Assembly: GCA_002245135.1 (NCBI GenBank)
Contig: NGBS01000603.1
Coordinates: 62,001-126,000 of the forward strand
Source: Proteromonas lacertae
Lineage: Eukaryota
Direction: 5' to 3'
Length of the DNA stretch: 64,000 nucleotides
Below the pieces are notes generated by a model. It was not told where the DNA came from. It saw only the letters and a list, made by a program, of their open reading frames with translations, and did not search any database. The position numbers and the translations under genes are program-made. Position 1 is the stretch's first letter. Each line of letters starts with the position of its first letter. Below are positions 39,050 to 50,940 of the stretch, one piece after another.

Positions 39050-42000
39050 ATGAATGTTTTAGTTCAACAAAATCCCAATGCTCTAACAATAATAAAAGGT
39101 GAAATTTACAACGTTTTATCTCTAATTCGATCATATGATCAATTTTCAAATGAAGACCGTTTTATCAAAGAAGTTCCAGTTCATGTATGTGATATTGATG
39201 TAATGAATAGGCATTTTCTCCAATACTAAAAGCGTTTAAAACTCTTCATGATGCACTTTCTTCTTATGAAGAGTTAATGAATATTGATATCTATTCCTGT
39301 GTAGAAGTATTTCTTCGTGTAATGGTGAGTGAAGCATCAGGGTATAAAAGTTGATGTAATATTATCATCTTAGTGTTTCTATAACCAGTTCAGCTATTAA
39401 TGCAGTAAATGAATTTTTATTACATAATTTTATAACCTTAGATGTATTTAATATACTAATATTTATGAATAGTCTCCTCGTGCTTCAATTTGTATTAATC
39501 ATATCTCCACCTCAACTGTAAATTGTCGTTTTCAATCAGAATCACCTCGAATAGATGAAGTAGTCTATATGGGCTTATTAAATTTAGCATTAAACTGTAT
39601 AAGAAGTGAATCGTCAATTCTGATTTCAGATGGAAAGTATTTAATATATAATTATTAATATAATAGTCTATATAATCTATATCAAATGTGTATGAGATTT
39701 TCATCGCCAGATTATTCATTAGTCCTACGAACAAGTGCAGAAAATACATTGAAATGTATTATAAACATCGTCTTTGCTAGAACCAATGAAATTGGTACAG
39801 ATAAAGTATACCTATTAATATGATTATCTGAATAGTTATTAAATCCAAATTATAATAATAACGAACCTTCTGCTTCGCCAGATACTGCTGAAGATGATTA
39901 TGATTATCCACCACCAACACCATATGTATAATAATTATGATGTATAATATATAGGGTGAGAATTTATTTCGATTAATACTAGAAAATCTAGTTAATAAGC
40001 TTGATCCTCAAACCAATCCAATCTATTCTCAATCATTGAGTTTAATATTAGTAAATAATATAATAGAAAGTGGAGGAACTGGTTTAGGTAAAATTACTGT
40101 TATATTAGATTTAGTTCAAGTATATATATATATTATTTATATTTATTTTATTAGGGCGATTTATGTAAATATTTAAATATGATCAGTCAAAGTGCTGAAC
40201 AAAGTACGCTTCCACTAACACTTCGTGTAATATTCAACTTATTCAATTGTATGAAAGACTATTTGAAAGTACAATTAGAAGTATTTTTCAAATCAATTCA
40301 TTTGAGGATAATTGATAGTCCTTCTTATACACCAAATCAGAAGGAATTAGTGATGGAAAGTATGGTGGATTTCTGTAGAGAACCAACATTAATGCTTGAT
40401 TTATATACAAATGTATAGTTATCTATATTTAATCACTATAGTATGATTGTGATGTTGGAAGTACAAACCTGTTTGAAGATTTGTGTAATTGTTTGTGTAT
40501 TAACAGTGAACCAAAATGTAACGAATCTTTGAATAATCTTCATATTTTAGCATTTGATGGATTATTAGCGATTTTAAGTTCAATAGCTTCACGATGTGTT
40601 AAAGAAAAGAAACATTATCAATTGAATAATAACAATGTGAATGATTCAGATAGTGAAAATGAAGATTTTGGTTGGTTAGAAAAATCTAGAAATTTACGAG
40701 CTGAAGATTTGAGAAAGAGAAGAACGTTGAAAGTGAATATGAAGAAGTTTTGTGAGAAATTTAACTCAAATCCTGGTGGTAAAGAATGGTTACAATATTG
40801 TGAAGTATTTTATTATTCTTATTATAAATAGAAAGTTCAACTTATAACCAATAAGAATGACTGTAGTTCAATAGCCAGTTTACTACGATCTGCTCCATAT
40901 ATTGACAAAAACAAATTGGGGGAATATTTTGGCAGTGATCCAGAAAAACACCCCGAAATTAAAGATATCTTAGATGCATATACTGCTTCATTTGATTTTA
41001 AAGGTTTGAGTGTAGATCAAGCTATGAGAACATATTTAGAATGTTTTAAACTTCCAGGTGAATCATTACAGATTGATAGAATAATGGAATCTTTGAGTAA
41101 ACAACTGTATATAATATATATATATATTTACTTAGATTTTTACAAAGTTGTGGTCCATTCACAAAACAAGAGGATTTATTTGTCTTATGTTTTGCCTGTA
41201 TAATGTTAAATACAGACTTGCACAATCCAATGGTGAAAAACAAAATGAATTTAGAATCTTTCAAATTAAACCTCAAAAGTATCAATGATGGAAAAGACTT
41301 ACCAGATGATTATATAGAAAGAATATATAATAGTTTAAAAGAGAATGAATTACATTTACAACCAACATTCTCAGAATTACAGACAGCTACAGAATGGGAT
41401 AGAGTTTTAGCTAGATCAAAACAAGTAGCTGGTCCAGCATTTACATTTTCAACTCCAGGTAGAAGATTTACATTGAAAGCTGGCATTCATGAAAGAGATA
41501 TGTTTTTGTTGATTAATGATAAAGCATTAAATTCAATAACTGTATTTTTTTGTGTGTATTTTATTATATTTATTTAGAGTGTATTTGAACATACGAAAGA
41601 TATAACTGGCACTTTGAGAAAGACATTGTTAGGGTTTAGATATATGTGTAAAATAGCTCATTATTATGGAATTAGTGATGTATATTGTTATGTATTTATT
41701 ATTATATATAGATTATTAATACAATTGTTATCTATTTATGTAATGTAATTGAAAAGAAGATTGATAATCTACAAACTATTGAATCACTAAACACTCCTAA
41801 ATCATTCGATTCTTATGATGAACAACCAGATGAAGATATTAGAAATGTATATTTTTGATAATGTTTATATAAATATATATAGTTACAAAGTTGTTTATAT
41901 CCACTAAGAGCCTTAATAACCATAGTAATTGAATATGGAGATGAAATAAACGATGGTTGGAAAAATTTCATATTGTTTTTATTATATTTAAATAATAATG

Positions 42001-43655
42001 GATGTCTTCCTCCTTCTATTAACAAATTCTATGATTATGACTGTAAAAATGGTTTATCTTCAGCTATTAATGAAATTAGGGAAGTTAAAGATAGAAGTAG
42101 TAGTATTAGTGGTAGTATAAATGGTGGTTTATGGGAATCTTTGACAAGCTATTGGAACAAGCCAAGCGAAGGCTTGAATGATGATATAAAAGCACAAATT
42201 ATAGAGAGTTTAGGATCTTTGAAAGTAGAAAAGATATTTAATCAAAGTATTAAATATGATAATGAATGTCTAAGTGATTTGTTAAAAGTATAATTAATTA
42301 AATATATATATATATGATTTGAATAGAATTTGATGTTTATATGTGATATAAACAAATATAGAGAGAATATAAAGAATAATATCTCCAATACAAGCAATAA
42401 TACAAATAGGAATGAATTTGAAATGAATATTTGTTTATGTTTAAACCTCTTGGTAATGGTAGTTAAGAATGAAAAAGATAAAATCAAAAGTAGTTGGCAG
42501 TTGATATACAGTTATTTTGAAAAGTGTGTTTTATTAAGCAAAAATGATCTGTTTGGCTATTTTCATGAAAGATTATTGGTTAGTTATTTAATGATTATAG
42601 ATAGTTTGATAAGTAGTGAAGAAATGCAACAAACATGTTTGTTATCTTTGAATATTTTGAATGAATTTAAAGATACAGATAATATAATAAATAGAAAAAT
42701 ACTTGGAATAAAAGAGATAATAATTCATAATCATGAGTCTTTTAAGAATGATTTAAGCTGGAGTACAATGATAAACCTTCTAAGTTCAACAATACAATAT
42801 GAATATGGAATTAATATGATATATGAAATATTGGAATTGATAAGTGGAGAATATATAAATGAATTGAATTTTAATTGTATTATCAAATTTATTTCATTAT
42901 TCTGTATATATATATAATTATATTGTTATTATATATATATAGTATCTTCACATACACCAGAACAATATCAAATTAAAGCAATTGGACTATTTCCTATTAT
43001 ATTAAACTCTAGTAATTTATCAATCGAAAATATTTGGCTTGATATTTTATCTACTTTAAAATCATCAATTATTAATATTATACCAAATGTATTCCTTCTT
43101 TATTTATTTATTAGTTACAAAATAACTTATTGGATATATTGGAAGATATAATGTTTTTACCAACAAATTTACCAAAAGAATTATGGTTGAAAACATTTGA
43201 AAAGGTATTAATATATATATTATTAGTTCTTTAATTATTATATAATAGATTCTATTACCGTTACTTCAAGAAAGTAAGTTGATGAAGATAGAATTACGAA
43301 TCAAAATATTAACATTGTTTGTTAGAATATATTTGAGCAAATTAGACTTATTGAAAGAGTGTCAAGAATTTAGTGAGTTGTGGTTAAAAATATTAGGTCA
43401 ATTGATTAAAGGAATTAAAGAAGGTGGAGATGTGTGTGATAATATAGTTGAATCTTTGAAGAATATACTGCTTATTATGAAGTATCTATATTCTATGTAT
43501 AATATATAATGAATAGAGATCAAGGACTGTTTAAAGTAGAAAATCCAAATTATAAGAATATGAATTTAACATGGACAGTTATAGATTCGGTTAAGAATGA
43601 TATTCGTCAACAATTTGAGTTAGTTTTAGGATCTCCTCCAGAAGATTTTCCATAA
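39050..43655 (+). CDS. GBF1: Large Sec7-domain ARF-GEF (GBF1/GNOM type)
   Basis: LKVQLEVF, YTNYDCD, FKLPGESLQIDRI, IMLNTDLHNP; many short GT-AG introns. Confidence 0.9.
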
Positions 43656-43769
43656 TTTTATATTTATTTTCTCTCTTCTTTTTAGTATTGTTTGATTATG
43701 TTTTATTAGCATCTATACATTGTATTTTTGATATATTCTGACATACAAACATAAAAATAAATTACATTT

Positions 43770-43995
43770 TTAGGTTTTATCGTTTGAAGGCTTATCTTCT
43801 TGGTTTTTGTTTCTTAGTGGTACTATCATGGGATGAAAATCTTCTACTCTGCACTGCATAGGTGTATCTTTAACTAACACTGGTGGTTCTAAAATGATTT
43901 CTATTATATTAATATTCGAAAGAGATACTTTCTTTTTCAGTGTGTTTATCACCTTCCTCTTTCTTATTCTCTTCTTTTGAGTGTTTTGAATCCAT
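43770..43995 (-). CDS. Small hypothetical protein (about 65 aa, one intron)
   Basis: ATG, a 28-nt GTAT...TAG intron restoring frame, and a stop: MDSKHSKEENK...IILEPPVLVKDTPMQCRVEDFHPMIVPL. Confidence 0.55.
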
Positions 43996-44032
43996 CCTAT
44001 GTTTATCTAGCGAAGAAAAATTACTTCTTCAG

Positions 44033-44104
44033 GCGTTATTGGTCTAATGGTTAGGATTTATGCCTTCCAAGCATGAGGTCCGGGTTCGATTCCCGGGTAA
44101 CGCA
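44033..44104 (+). tRNA. tRNA-Gly (anticodon TCC)
   Basis: Acceptor GCGTTAT/GTAACGC, anticodon arm TATGC-CTTCCAA-GCATG, T arm CCGGG-TTCGATT-CCCGG. Confidence 0.97.
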
Positions 44105-44106
44105 AA

Positions 44107-44113
44107 TTTTTTT
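44107..44113 (+). terminator. RNA polymerase III terminator (T7)
   Basis: Run of 7 T immediately after the tRNA. Confidence 0.75.
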
Positions 44114-44223
44114 CATTTTTTAATTTTATTTGATTAAATGTTAAACAATTCTGAAATCATTGATCTAATGTTTTAAATTTGTCATTTATTAAACAAACAT
44201 CAAAAACAAATATAAAATAAATA

Positions 44224-47200
44224 TTATTTCTTCAAATGTTTATTCTTTATTTCAATTTGATTTAGCATTATTTTCAAATGTGAAATCTCTATATTTTGTG
44301 TATTTATTAAATTATTCAAATCATTTATCTTCTTATTCATACTATTCAGTCTTTCTTCAGCTTCTTCTACCACTTTTTGTGATTCATTTATTCCTTTGTT
44401 TGATTCATTTCTTATTCTATCAGCACTATTATTAAATTCATTTAATTTACTTATTGTCTTAGATAATTCTTCTTTTAATGGCTTTATTTCAATTTCCAGC
44501 TGGTTTTTAAGATTCTCTTTTTCTTTTACTAATGCCATACATGATAAGATGTTATTCTTATATTCATCCATTTTCTTTTCTATTTTCTGTTTTTCTATTG
44601 AATATTTGTGTTTATTCTGTTTAATTAATGCTTCCAGTATTTCATTATCTTTCTTTTGTTTTTCTATTTCATTATGATATTCATCTATTGGGTTTATCCC
44701 ATCTTTGCTATTATTGTTTTTGATAATTTGTTGATATTGTTCAATATCTTTGATTAGTAATTCAATTTCTGCTTGTTGTTCACAATTATGATTATATAAT
44801 GAGTTGTAACTATCATTTTTGTTTTGATAGATTCTATTCAGTTCATTCTTCTTCTTTTCATACTCTTTTAAACTATTCTCTTTTTTGATCAAACTTGATT
44901 CAAGCTTTATATTTGTATTTTTCATATTAACTAATTCCAACGATAATTTCTCCATTTTGTTATAAAATTCATCATGGTTTTTTTCTAATTCTTTTACTTT
45001 ATCTGGAGTTAATTCAATTCTATTTTCTACTTCTTTATTTCTTAATATCAATGACCTTATTGTGTAATTACACCACTCATTGAATAATTTTGATTTTAAT
45101 ATCATATTATGGTGATTCTGAATTGTTAAAATTATATTTCTATCTCTTCTTTTCTTCATATAATATTTCTTCCATGCCTTGAAACATCTTTGTTCTAACC
45201 AAACCATTTCTATTTGAAATTTCTTCTTTTTAGCTTACAGAAAAATAAGAATTAAAGAATATATAAATAATATATTTATCACTTAAAAAAAGGATATAAT
45301 TACTGTTTTATATTTATCTCCATAATTCATTATAAACTGTTTTATTTTGATTCTATTAAACAACTTGTTGAAAATATTTACCATTTTGATCATTTTCTTA
45401 CATTTATAATGATAAAACCTCCAATTACAAAACACTCTTTTCATTATATTCAAATTGTTGAAATTTTGTGATATTTTCTCGTTGTCTCTTCTTCTAATAA
45501 TTGAGTGTGAATAATTATGCCAATATTCAAAACATAATCTCTTTTTTAGCTGAATTATACTCTATAAAATAACAATATAGCAATATATATATACTTTTGT
45601 TGATAGTTTTAATTCTTTCTTATATTCTATTTTATCTATATAATACTTTTTCCATTTACTAATTGATTTGTTTAACTTTACATCTCTAAAATGATCATCT
45701 GCTTTTAGTGTAAGATATTTCTTATATTTATATAATAAATGAAGATATTTAAACTTCTTTATTGCTCTTTTCTTATCTCTAATTCTCTTATCTTGTTCAT
45801 ATTTCTTGATTTTATTTTTATTGACTCTTTTATTATCTACATATAACTTCCATCTTTTGAAGATTTCTTTTTTTACTTTGTGTTTAATATAACGAGATTC
45901 TTTAGCTGCAATAAACCATTTTTTGAATATTTTCCTTTTATAATGTTTTAATGCTATTTTTGTTTGTCTTGACTCTATAACTGGATCGATATTGAAACTT
46001 TGGACATATTTCTTCCAACTTTTAAATATTATCTTTTTATTCATATAATTAATATTTCTTTTATAAATTCTTGTTATTTTTATAACATCTATCCATTTTT
46101 TGAATGTTTTTAATAATATTCTTTTTTCATTGAAGTTTTTGATGTATAAATATCTTTCATTCTTATACTTACATTCTTCTTTATACAATAACCATATTCT
46201 CAAACATGTTTGTATTCTTTTATTTTGATGATTTTCATAGAATTGATTGGCTATTTCATTGTATTGATTCTCATATTGTAACTCTTTAACTAATTGTCTT
46301 TGTACTTTTATATCTTTCATATGATACTTTGCTTTATTTACCAACTAAAATAGAAATATTAATATATATATTATACTTGATTATATTTGATTTTAGATTT
46401 CTCTAAATTGACTTTAAGATTTTCATAATTAGTTTTCTCCTGTGTTAAGTTCTGTTTATATTCAATCAATTTTCTAGGTAATTGAATGATATATTCAAAC
46501 TCTTTTTTAGCTTGAGTGTATTTACTACTTTCACTTGATTTCTTCTGTTTCAATTCATTTACTTTAGATAATAATTCATTGTGTTTTTGTTTTAAGGTTG
46601 CTAGAATGTGCGTAATATTGTTATTCTCTTCATTTTTATGCTTTTCACAGGTGTCTAATAATCCACAGAGTGTTTGATTATAATCCTAATCATAAATATA
46701 ATTATAGTAAATATATATATATATATACATTTAACCTTTTTTCTATATCATTTCTTTTCATTATTTCATCTCTCAATTTGATAACTTCTTTCTTTAATGA
46801 TGGCAATGATACTGGTGTTTCTTCAGGTATTATATACTTTGGGACTAATACTGGTTCTGGTAATTCTGATGGTAATATACTAAGTGGTTTTGGAAATGGA
46901 GATTCTGGAACTTTGGGAAGAATAAACTCTCTTTCTTTATCTTTTACTGCCTTCTTTTACTATTTCATGTTTTGATGATTTTATTGGAATATTTGATTGT
47001 TGTTTTTTATATGATTTCATTCACCATTGGAGTTGGTTTAGGAGGTGTAAATGGCTTTGGAATTTCCATAATATTTTGTTGGTTTATTTCATCAATATCT
47101 TTCAATGGAGTGTTATCATTGGATTTTATTGCTTGATGATGGTGTTGATGAGATGGTAGTATTGAGTGATAAAGGTGAATTATAAGATGATGTATTATTA

Positions 47201-47789
47201 CACTCAGAAGCATTGACATGATGATAATGGAGTGGTATTTGTAGTAGATCTTGATGTTGTTGTTGAAGGAGTGGACAATGATGATGATAATGTTGTTGTT
47301 GTTTGACTATTACATTCATTACAATGAATAGGATTTCTATCATAATAATCATTATATTTACATTTAGAACATTTTGATTGATAGGGTGTTATTAATGTAT
47401 TGGTACTATAGGATGATGATGAAGATGATGATGAAGTACAACAAGTACAATTTCCACTACTGCTTTTACTTTTACAACTACATGTTGAACAAGTATTATT
47501 ACCACTAGTCTTATGACTATTAGATGATGATGTAGTTGATGTAGTTGTTGAATAAGGTGATTGATATTGATAAGGTATTGGAGTATCATATTCAATAGAA
47601 TCTTCATATGATATATCACTATCATTATTATTATCATTATTGTCAGTATTAGTATAGATTGGTATAGGTTGTGGAGGATTTAATATTGGTTCAGGCACAT
47701 CAATAGCTGATGATTTATAGTATAATCTCAAATATGTTTGACCAAATGAAAATGAATCAACTGATGATTTATATATATTACGATTCTAT

Positions 47790-47825
<36 letters not shown>

Positions 47826-48924
47826 TACTTTTAATTGTATTAGTTTATTCTTCAATATATCATGATAATTCTTACCTATGGAGTTATATTGCTTTACTAA
47901 TTCTGTCAATCTCTTGGATAGTTTATCTATTTCATTCTTTTCATTAGATTGTATTTTGATATAAACTAAATCCCAAATGTCATTATTACTGTTGTTGTTA
48001 TTGTTTGAAGATGAAGTTGTAGACATTGATTTGTATAGATTTACACAATTGCTTCTAATTTTATGTAATAAATAATTATGAAAATATTCATCACTATCAT
48101 CATACCACTTATTAGTCATTATATTCCACTCATTCAATAATACGTTTGGATCAAAATCGATTATTCGTGGGAAGTAGTCATTGAATATTTCCAAGTGTTC
48201 TAATATGGATATCAAATATTCTATTCTTATCTCCAAGCTTTCATTCAATTTTTGTATTAAAAATATATCCGTTTCTCTTTTAAATGAATTTTTTAAGAAT
48301 CTAAAATCGTTTTCAACAATTTCATTTGCCTTTTTCCTTATCTCATATGTTATTTTATTCTTGTTATAATACCAGATTTGGTTGAATGTTGAAATTACAT
48401 ATTCTGTTGAATGAGGTAAAGAATTGAACGGATTGCCATCCAATGATAATATTTGAAGTTTACTAAGATAAATAAGCGGTGATAATGCTTCAAATGTTTC
48501 AATCTATATTATAATAAATAAAATAATTATTAATACTTTATTATTTGACAAATTCAAAGTTTTTAAATTCCAAAATTGACTTATTTTTCCTAATTGTTTG
48601 ATTAGGTTGTTTGATAAATCTAGAGATTCTATACCTCTAAATCTAGAATCAACTTCATCAATTTCTTTTATGAAAACTTTTTGCAATGTTATACCATTGT
48701 TCCTAAAACAAGTGGGTGATTTTTCAACTTTCATACTTAACTACAGATTAAAAAATGTATATATATACTTTTATAACTTTCTTTTTTGTTGCAGTCTGAT
48801 TTAATGTTTTAGGCTTTACTATTTTTGAAATAAATGTCTTTGGTTTTGAAGAGTTTTGTTTTACATTGGATTGAACTAAAGGATTTACATCAGATTTTAC
48901 TGATTTTGATGCTGACATTGACAT
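44224..48924 (-). CDS. N-terminal LRR protein with Cys/Ser-rich linker, Sfi1-like (F..W) repeats and C-terminal coiled coil; probable centrin-binding basal-body protein
   Basis: LDLSNNLI and LNLSNNK LRRs; repeated K.IFK.WK motifs; four +1 breaks at 46950-47210; contains a U12-like intron. Confidence 0.7.
45235..45297 (-). other. Putative U12-type intron with AT-AA termini (63 nt)
   Basis: Minus strand 5' ATATCCTT, branch-like TTCTTTAAT at 45259-45251, 3' TGTAA; removal joins GTA ATT|GCT AAA AAG in frame and removes two in-frame TAA. Confidence 0.72.
47790..47825. repeat. Intronic (TAA)n microsatellite
   Basis: Direct reading; explains the poly-Tyr end of ORF 47790..48443. Confidence 0.9.
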
Positions 48925-49004
48925 GATGAGAATAATATATCTCTTATATTACTCTTCTAATATATAGAAAATTTAAATTTAAAATCAAAAAACTCAAGCC
49001 AAGC

Positions 49005-50072
49005 ATGATTTCATTCTTTAGATTTTCAAAGCCTATAGTAAATAATACTCTACTGAAGAGGTATTTTGCTTTATCAAATAGAAATGACTTGCCATTTTTT
49101 TGTAGAAATTTTCCAATGAAGCTAAATCATGAAATAGTAGGACCTGAGGTGAGATTAGTCTATCCAACTGCTTCAAAAATGCCATCTACAGTCGTTCCAA
49201 TTCAGGAAGCATTGAAAGAAGCAGAGAAACTAAATTTAGATTTAGTTCAGTGGAATGAAGCAGCCAAACCACCTGTTTGCAAATTGGTAGTGTTTAAAGA
49301 TATGGCAAAACAGGAATATGAAAAAGCTCAGATAAGAGAACAAAAAGAAAAGAAAATGAAAGCTATAAAGGAAGTTAGAATGACAGGTAGAATTGAAGAA
49401 CATGATTTAGTAACTAAAGTATTTATTTTTAATATTCTAATATATCTAGATCAATCGAATTAAAGATTTTTTAAAGCATCAAAATCCAGTGAGAGTAATA
49501 ATAATAGGTAGATTAACAATACCAAGAAGAGTGTATAAAAATTACAAAAAGTACTTGGAACTAATGGAACTACCAAAATCAACACATATCGAAAAAATGA
49601 TTGAATCTTTAAAGATAACCCAGAAATTACCAGATGAAAAAATAGCACAAATCAAAGCAGCAGTAGATGAAGTAACTAATGTCAATCGTGATATATTCAG
49701 TAGAGTATAAAGTTATGTTTTTTAAATATATTTTTATATATATAGATTGAAAAAGAGATTGTAGATTATGGAACATTCCAAGGCCAAATAGAGGTAACAG
49801 ATCTTACAATGACAGGAGTAATTATACATAAGTCTGTGAAATCTGAAGATGTTGAAAAAATAGTAAAAGTTGCTGTGAAAGAGGAAGTAGTTGAGAAGAT
49901 AGTAAAAGAAATAGAAACTGATGAAGTTACAGAGAAAAATGCTAAAGTTGGTGTTGTAGAACCATCTTCTCCTTCTTCCGCTAAGATTCAGAAGAAGAAA
50001 AGTAAAAAATCAAAACATAGAAAAGCAGATGATGATAATACAATAATTCCAGCTAAAGCTGAAACAGATTGA
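49005..50072 (+). CDS. Mitochondrial translation initiation factor IF3
   Basis: Presequence-like N-terminus; EVRLV...EALKEAEKLNLDLVQ...PPVCKL; IKEVRM...IEEHDLVTK; two introns. Confidence 0.85.
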
Positions 50073-50227
50073 TCATCTTATTCTGTTTATTTACTTGTAG
50101 TTTTGTCGTATTATATATTTATAATCAATTGTTGTTTATCTTGGGTGAAATTTATAAATCAATTATGTTTTTCATTACACATAAACAATAAAAGAGAATA
50201 GATTCAGAAGTAACATTATCTTTATAT

Positions 50228-50721
50228 TTAGGCTTTAAGAGCATAACGACGTCTTGGGAAATAAGCATCTCTTTTAGCAATTCTACTACATTTAATTGAA
50301 GCATCGTGTTTACTTAATGCTCTTCTCATAGCTCTGGTCTTTTTGTATCTGATATCTGTTGGTAAGTATTTCTTACCTCTGAAATGTTCACGTAACTGTT
50401 TTAAATAATAGAAATAAATCAAAATACGTTCTTTCTTAAGTTTTCATTATAGACGGTTAATATTCTAGCAATGTTGTGTCTTACTACTTTGATTTGAGCT
50501 AATTTTGTTGCTGGACCACCAGTTGAGACTTTTACAACACGTAACTAATGTATATAAATATTTTCAAATACGTTGGCGAGTTCTTTCTTTTGCTCTTCTA
50601 AATTCTTGAGTAAATCTTCTTTACTCTTTTCTCTTAATTGTTTAGCGATTAATTTAGCTATACAGAATATAACATATAAGCAAATGATATAATTTTAATA
50701 AGAATATATTTCTATACCCAT
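50228..50721 (-). CDS. RPL35: 60S ribosomal protein L35 (uL29)
   Basis: LRVVKVSTGG..KLAQIKVVRHNIARILTV...KKYLPTDIRYKKTRAMRRAL...YALKA; three introns. Confidence 0.97.
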
Positions 50722-50892
50722 TTAAATTGCTTCTGAACCTCAATGCAAATACTATTTTTCAAACCCCTGATGCTGAGGCTTATGAAAAATATGTTTCCTA
50801 TTTAAATTATTCAAATATTTTTATGGGGCAAATTTTTCGTTATTTTTAGTGATACAAAATACTGTTGTTGAGTGTACAAGTGATTTGAAAAA

Positions 50893-50902
50893 GCGCGCCA
50901 CA
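50893..50902. promoter_or_regulatory. E2F-like GC box
   Basis: GCGCGCCACA about 40 nt upstream of the CDC45 ATG in an otherwise AT-rich spacer; one mismatch to GCGCCAAA. Confidence 0.4.
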
Positions 50903-50940
50903 TCCATATTATTCTAGTTTTCTCATCAACAGGTGGATCA

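Noticed and set aside
43205..43248. GT-AG intron in GBF1 containing TTCTTTAAT
   Set aside because: The donor GTATTA is U2-like and the motif could arise by chance in AT-rich sequence; at most a hint of U12-to-U2 conversion.
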